Part shown: positions 41,272-45,325 of the stretch, piece by piece
How the letters are laid out: each line of letters opens with the position of its first letter
Numbering within the stretch: the stretch's first letter is position 1
IMG/VR virus record: IMGVR_UViG_3300045988_038226
Coordinates: 1-45,325 of that record
Source: a virus
Direction: 5' to 3' (one strand)
Length of the DNA: 45,325 nt
Position numbers and translations under genes: made by a program
The notes under the pieces: model-generated
Seen by the model: the letters and a program-made list of their open reading frames with translations, nothing else
Told to the model about the DNA's origin: nothing
The model's database searches: none

Positions 41272-44200
41272 TTAATTCTTATATTTTCGTTTCAAATTCT
41301 TGTAAATCTCAACAACCTTTCCGTCCCCTGTCATATAGAAACGGCGTTTGTTTTGCTCCTTAATTTCCCGAACGTCGTTTTGCAACTCTTTTATATCCGG
41401 GCTTTGTCCTGTAACATTCAAAACCACATCGTCGCCCCCGGCGTATGCGTTGCCGTATTTACGGGCAAAGGTTCCATTGTTCAACGACCGGATAACGTCC
41501 GGGATTAAACGACGATAACGGCGGGAATTGCGTTTATTGATAACGGCGAAAAATTCCCCGCCCTCGGCACGCCTCCGGGTTCCGTCCGGCTTGGTTCCTA
41601 AATCCACATCGTCGCCGGATTGGTGCGACCCGCCCGCCAACAATTCAACCGTACCGTCGCCGTAACTTTCGGAACCGCCCCCGGCGGCTTTCGACATTTG
41701 GGCGGCTTTGATTTTAGCGGCGGCAAAGGACGCCCACATTATCGCAATCGCCGGGATTGCAAAGGGGAACCCTAATTGCGACCAAATCATTGCAGACGCC
41801 GTTACAAGGTTGCCGATTTGTTGGATTGTTTGGATTGCCTGTTGTGCCTTTTGCGCTTTCTGTTGTTCTTTCAACGCTTTGTCTTGGTTCTTTTTCGCCA
41901 AATCCAACTCCTTTTGCGCCATTACAACGTTATTGGCATACCCGTTCGCCCGTGCGGTCAACTCGGCGTTCAATACGTTTTGTGCGCTTGAAACTTCCTT
42001 ATCGGCGGCGGTAACGGCGGCATCGGCGGCGGCTAACTTTGCATCCAAAAACGTTTGTAATTGCTCCATTGCAAAATTAACGGACGTACTTATTGCCTCC
42101 TTTTGGTCGTCGTCTAAATTCAACCCAAACAGTCCGTAAATATCTTTGCCCCGTTCGTCGCCGCTTGACTTTTCAATTTCTTGGTTAATTTTGGCAATCG
42201 TATTTTCGATTGTCTTAACCTCTTGTTCCGTCATTTTTACCCCGGCGGTTTTGTTCAATTCCAAAATCTTTTGCAATCTCTTTTTTTCTTGTTCCAACCG
42301 GAACCGGGTTTTGCGTTCCTCGCTGTTACGCAACAAATCGAACTCGGACGCCTCCAACGCTTGCGTTTGGTCGAATATCAATAACGCCCGTTGGTTGTTT
42401 AACTCGGTCGTTTGCTTCAATACCTCGGCATCATATTTGGCGTTTATATCCTTTTCAGATTGGCGGACGTCCTCGGCTAATTGCCTATTTTGTGCTAATT
42501 CGATTGCCCGTTGTTGTTGTAACAATTGGATACGCAAATTTATTTCCTCCTGTGAACCCTCACGGGCGGCGTCCAACCGTAATTGCGTGCGGTCGGCTTC
42601 TTTCTGCATTTGGTCGATTGTTATTTGGTCGTTCAATTCGCCCAATTCTTTTGCGTATTGTTGTTGCAAAAGGATTTGTTGTGCCAATAATTCGTCAACC
42701 TGTTTTTCAGTCAACCCCCTTTCGGTTTCCAACCGTGTTGCAATATCCTGTATTTGCCTTTCATATTCAACCCGCAATTGTTCCCGTTGTTTTTCCGCAC
42801 CCTCGGACATTAACGCCAATCGTGCGTCCTGTGTGGTACGTTCCGCCGACAATTCCGCCGCCCTTTGTTGGTTGGCAATATCGACCAAATCGTTTGCCAA
42901 TTGTTGACGCAATGAAACGATTTGCGCATTTAACGCCGCCCGTGCTTTGGCGGTCAAATTTGCCTCGGTGCGTAACTGCAATTGTATATCGGCAATCGCA
43001 CGGGCGTTGGCGGCTCGGCGTGTTGCCCGTTGTTGGTCGAATGAATTTTTAATTAATGCAATACGGGCGTCCTCGGCTTTACGCAATATATCCGTTTCAG
43101 TCTTGGCGGCGTTCCGGGCTTCGTTTGCTCTTTGTGCGGCTTGTATTTTCCTTTCGGCGTCCAAATCCGCCCCCTCTGTGTTAAGGTCAACGGCAATTTG
43201 TACTTTGCGCCCGTAATTATCAATTTGTCCTTGTATGGCGTCTATTGCGTCGTCAACCTTGACTTTATCAATTTTGCCGTCCATATCGACGTCGATACGT
43301 ATTTTACTATCGCCACGGGCTTTTGCGTTGTTGACTTGCAACAACATATCGTTCAATTGCTTTAACTTTAAGCGGTTTGCCTCCAAATCGTTCAATTCTT
43401 GACCATAGAACCCAACCGATTTGTTATGCGCCTTTGTGCGTTCCGCCAATATTTCGTCCTCAATCTTTCGGGTTTCGGCTAATCCGGCGTTCCGGGCTTT
43501 GGCAATACTTAATTCCCGGTTCAATTGGGCGACACGCTCGTTGCTTACTCGGTTCATTTCGGTTGCTTCAACCTCCAAATAATCCAACCACGCCTTTTGC
43601 GCCTCGTTGAGTTTCTTTTGTTCTTTCGCGGATTTGTCGGTATTGGACGCAAATATTGCCAACGCTCCGACAACGGTAATTAACGCCAATGCCAAAAGAA
43701 CGTAAGGATTTGCCGCCGCAACTAAATTGAATATCTTTTGCGCAATAGTCGCCGCCAACGTCGCCTTTGTCCCCTGCATGGTTACAAGTCGGTTATAAAC
43801 TTGCGCTTTACTCAATGCCGCCATTTGGATTTTAGATATACCCAACATAAGTGCGGATTGTTTTTGTACGGCGTTTTGGATTGCTTGCACTCCGGTTGTA
43901 ATGGCAATTGCCGCTTGCAATTTCTTTTGTGCCTCGGCGACGTCCTCGGACGCACCCCCGAACAATTCCATTGCCCCGGTATATGCGGAAAATCCCCCGG
44001 ACGCACCCGCCGCAAAACTCAATACGCTATCTAATTGCGACGTATCGGACGCCATATTTTTAACTTCCTGTGTTGCGTCGCTCAATGCGTCCCGCAAATC
44101 CCCGGCTTTCTTTGATAACTCGGCGTATTCCTGCGTACCCTGTTTGCCCTCTAATCGCATAACCGCCAATTGTTCGGTTAATTGTCGGATTTGGGACGTA

Positions 44201-44763
44201 AGTTTAACCGTTGCTTGTTCGTAATTACCAACGTTTAAGGACGTTTTGCCCGTTACTTCCTGTAACCGCTTCATTTCTTGATATATTGCGTTTGTTTCCG
44301 CAACTAACTTTCGCCCCTCCTCGGTCGCCTCCCTTTCCTCAACCGTCATGTTGTTAAGGTATATTTTGTTTAGGGAATATTGCGCCGATAACTTGTTATA
44401 CGAACCCTCGGCGGATTGATTTAACCGGGTCGTAAGTTTATTAATTTCGTTTGCCTCTTTTTGGGCTTGCTTCAATTCTGCCAAACGCTTTGCGTTCTCG
44501 CTTTCTGCAAACGCCAAATCCCGTGCCGCACGGGTCAAACGGTCGGTATCGGACGTTGCCCCCTTTATGGTTTTTCGTCCGTCCTCGGTTGCCCCGGACA
44601 CACTCGCCAACGCCGCCCGAACGCTGATTGCCTCACTCTTAATATTTTTAAGAGTATTCATATAGGCGTCGGAAAGTTGGTCTAATTGGTTGATAAGGTC
44701 GGTAATCGAATTATCCGGCTTTACCAAATCACTATATTTTATCGGGTTGTTATTATCTGCCAT
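41272..44763 (-). CDS. Tail tape measure protein
   Basis: 1163 aa, the longest helical gene. Extended Ala/Gln/Glu/Lys coiled coils and internal hydrophobic segments (LLALALITVVGALAIFAS, FPFAIPAIAIMWASFAAA). Confidence 0.85.
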   Translation of the reverse strand: MADNNNPIKYSDLVKPDNSITDLINQLDQLSDAYMNTLKNIKSEAISVRAALASVSGATEDGRKTIKGATSDTDRLTRAARDLAFAESENAKRLAELKQAQKEANEINKLTTRLNQSAEGSYNKLSAQYSLNKIYLNNMTVEEREATEEGRKLVAETNAIYQEMKRLQEVTGKTSLNVGNYEQATVKLTSQIRQLTEQLAVMRLEGKQGTQEYAELSKKAGDLRDALSDATQEVKNMASDTSQLDSVLSFAAGASGGFSAYTGAMELFGGASEDVAEAQKKLQAAIAITTGVQAIQNAVQKQSALMLGISKIQMAALSKAQVYNRLVTMQGTKATLAATIAQKIFNLVAAANPYVLLALALITVVGALAIFASNTDKSAKEQKKLNEAQKAWLDYLEVEATEMNRVSNERVAQLNRELSIAKARNAGLAETRKIEDEILAERTKAHNKSVGFYGQELNDLEANRLKLKQLNDMLLQVNNAKARGDSKIRIDVDMDGKIDKVKVDDAIDAIQGQIDNYGRKVQIAVDLNTEGADLDAERKIQAAQRANEARNAAKTETDILRKAEDARIALIKNSFDQQRATRRAANARAIADIQLQLRTEANLTAKARAALNAQIVSLRQQLANDLVDIANQQRAAELSAERTTQDARLALMSEGAEKQREQLRVEYERQIQDIATRLETERGLTEKQVDELLAQQILLQQQYAKELGELNDQITIDQMQKEADRTQLRLDAAREGSQEEINLRIQLLQQQRAIELAQNRQLAEDVRQSEKDINAKYDAEVLKQTTELNNQRALLIFDQTQALEASEFDLLRNSEERKTRFRLEQEKKRLQKILELNKTAGVKMTEQEVKTIENTIAKINQEIEKSSGDERGKDIYGLFGLNLDDDQKEAISTSVNFAMEQLQTFLDAKLAAADAAVTAADKEVSSAQNVLNAELTARANGYANNVVMAQKELDLAKKNQDKALKEQQKAQKAQQAIQTIQQIGNLVTASAMIWSQLGFPFAIPAIAIMWASFAAAKIKAAQMSKAAGGGSESYGDGTVELLAGGSHQSGDDVDLGTKPDGTRRRAEGGEFFAVINKRNSRRYRRLIPDVIRSLNNGTFARKYGNAYAGGDDVVLNVTGQSPDIKELQNDVREIKEQNKRRFYMTGDGKVVEIYKNLKRKYKN

Positions 44764-44788
44764 AACGCCAATTATTACTTTGTTATTT

Positions 44789-44805
44789 GCGGGAAATTTG
44801 CCCGC
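44789..44805 (-). other. Intergenic stem-loop upstream of the tape measure gene
   Basis: gcgggaaatttgcccgc: 5-bp GC stem and a 7-nt A/T loop in the 106-nt gap. Confidence 0.45.
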
Positions 44806-44869
44806 TATTCAATTTTCTTTCCTCGGTAATACAATTTACCCACCGGAACCAATTAACGCCGGAAACGGG

Positions 44870-45325
44870 CTATTTTGCGCCCGCTTTGGCGTTCTTTGGT
44901 TTGGTCGCCTGTTTGATATACTCAAATGCGTTGTAATATTCCAATACGGTAAACGTTTTGGGGTTTACGTGCAAATGTTGGGACAACATTAAACACATAT
45001 TTTCAAACTGTTTGTCGTACTGTATTTCCATGCTATCCGAACCGCTAAACGATTGGGGTTTGGTATAAGTCAACAACAACGTCGTTATTTGCTCAATTTC
45101 CGCCCGTTTGTCGGTTTCGTCGCCCTGTATGATTGCGTCCAACATTAACAACGTGCGTTGCTTCAATTGGTCGTAATACTCTTTAACCGTGGCGTCGTCG
45201 AAACTTTTAGGAAAATACAATTGCAACTCATCGTCTATTTTTTTTTTGACCGCTTCCAATTGGGCGGTCAACTCGGCGTTCGGTGCATCGTCGAACAGTT
45301 GTAATACCTTTTGCAATCCGTCCGG
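44870..45325 (-). CDS. Junction-spanning gene, C-terminal part (same gene as 1-404; 45237-45325 duplicates 1-89)
   Basis: The track ORF 44870-45316 begins with TTG rather than ATG because the window edge truncates it. The frame is continuous with 90-404. Confidence 0.7.
   Translation of the reverse strand, partial: PDGLQKVLQLFDDAPNAELTAQLEAVKKKIDDELQLYFPKSFDDATVKEYYDQLKQRTLLMLDAIIQGDETDKRAEIEQITTLLLTYTKPQSFSGSDSMEIQYDKQFENMCLMLSQHLHVNPKTFTVLEYYNAFEYIKQATKPKNAKAGAK
45237..45325. repeat. Terminal direct repeat, copy 2
   Basis: Identical to bases 1-89. Confidence 0.95.

Noticed and set aside
34029-44763. Stop-codon reassignment (TAG or TGA recoding) in late genes, as known from some gut Bacteroidota phages.
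   Set aside because: The giant late genes (1163, 927 and 1202 aa) and all the others are open in the standard code with tight gene packing. There are no fragmented late ORFs.
44764-44900. A programmed -1 frameshift of tail-assembly chaperones upstream of the tape measure.
   Set aside because: No overlapping downstream minus-strand ORF exists in the 106-nt gap, and I saw no slippery heptamer near the stop at 44870.

Overview
The window is a complete, circularly closed tailed-phage genome. Bases 1-89 are repeated exactly at 45237-45325, so the unique length is 45,236 bp, and one gene reads across that junction. Every credible gene (about 65) is on the minus strand, so transcription runs from high to low coordinates.

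Layout:
- Early, accessory and DNA-metabolism arm, 32016 down to 11211. It holds a block of small ORFans, an XRE-type regulator, a PD-(D/E)XK exonuclease, a winged-helix replication initiator, a RuvC-like resolvase and a Rad50/SbcC-like ATPase. It also holds a DUF2400/TIGR02757-like fusion, a DnaQ-like exonuclease with a separate DUF3820-like gene, a TopoVI-A/Spo11-like 'mini-A' protein, an HNH-like protein, SSB, a radical-SAM (SplB-like) plus ASCH pair, a lipoprotein moron and a MazG-like fusion.
- A roughly 350-bp non-coding hub at 10865-11210.
- Packaging, head, tail and lysis genes, from 10864 down through the junction to 32330: terS, terL, putative portal, scaffold, major capsid, tape measure, three large tail/fibre proteins, and a holin, amidase and spanin-like cassette.

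Four promoters match the Bacteroidota -33 TTTG / -7 TAnnTTTG consensus, which points to a Bacteroidota host. I found no integrase, DNA polymerase, primase, helicase, methyltransferase, tRNA, CRISPR array or reverse transcriptase.

Most unusual signals:
- Apparent total absence of the palindromes GATC, GGCC and AGCT.
- A conserved 5'-proximal stem-loop family with a compensatory base-pair change.
- A late-region GTAAAGGGTWAAC motif.
- Several rare or uncharacterised enzymes: mini-A, radical SAM + ASCH, the DUF2400 fusion, and an SGNH-like domain inside the tail fibre.

Many structural calls rest on position and size only. All family assignments come from motifs read by eye, not from database searches.
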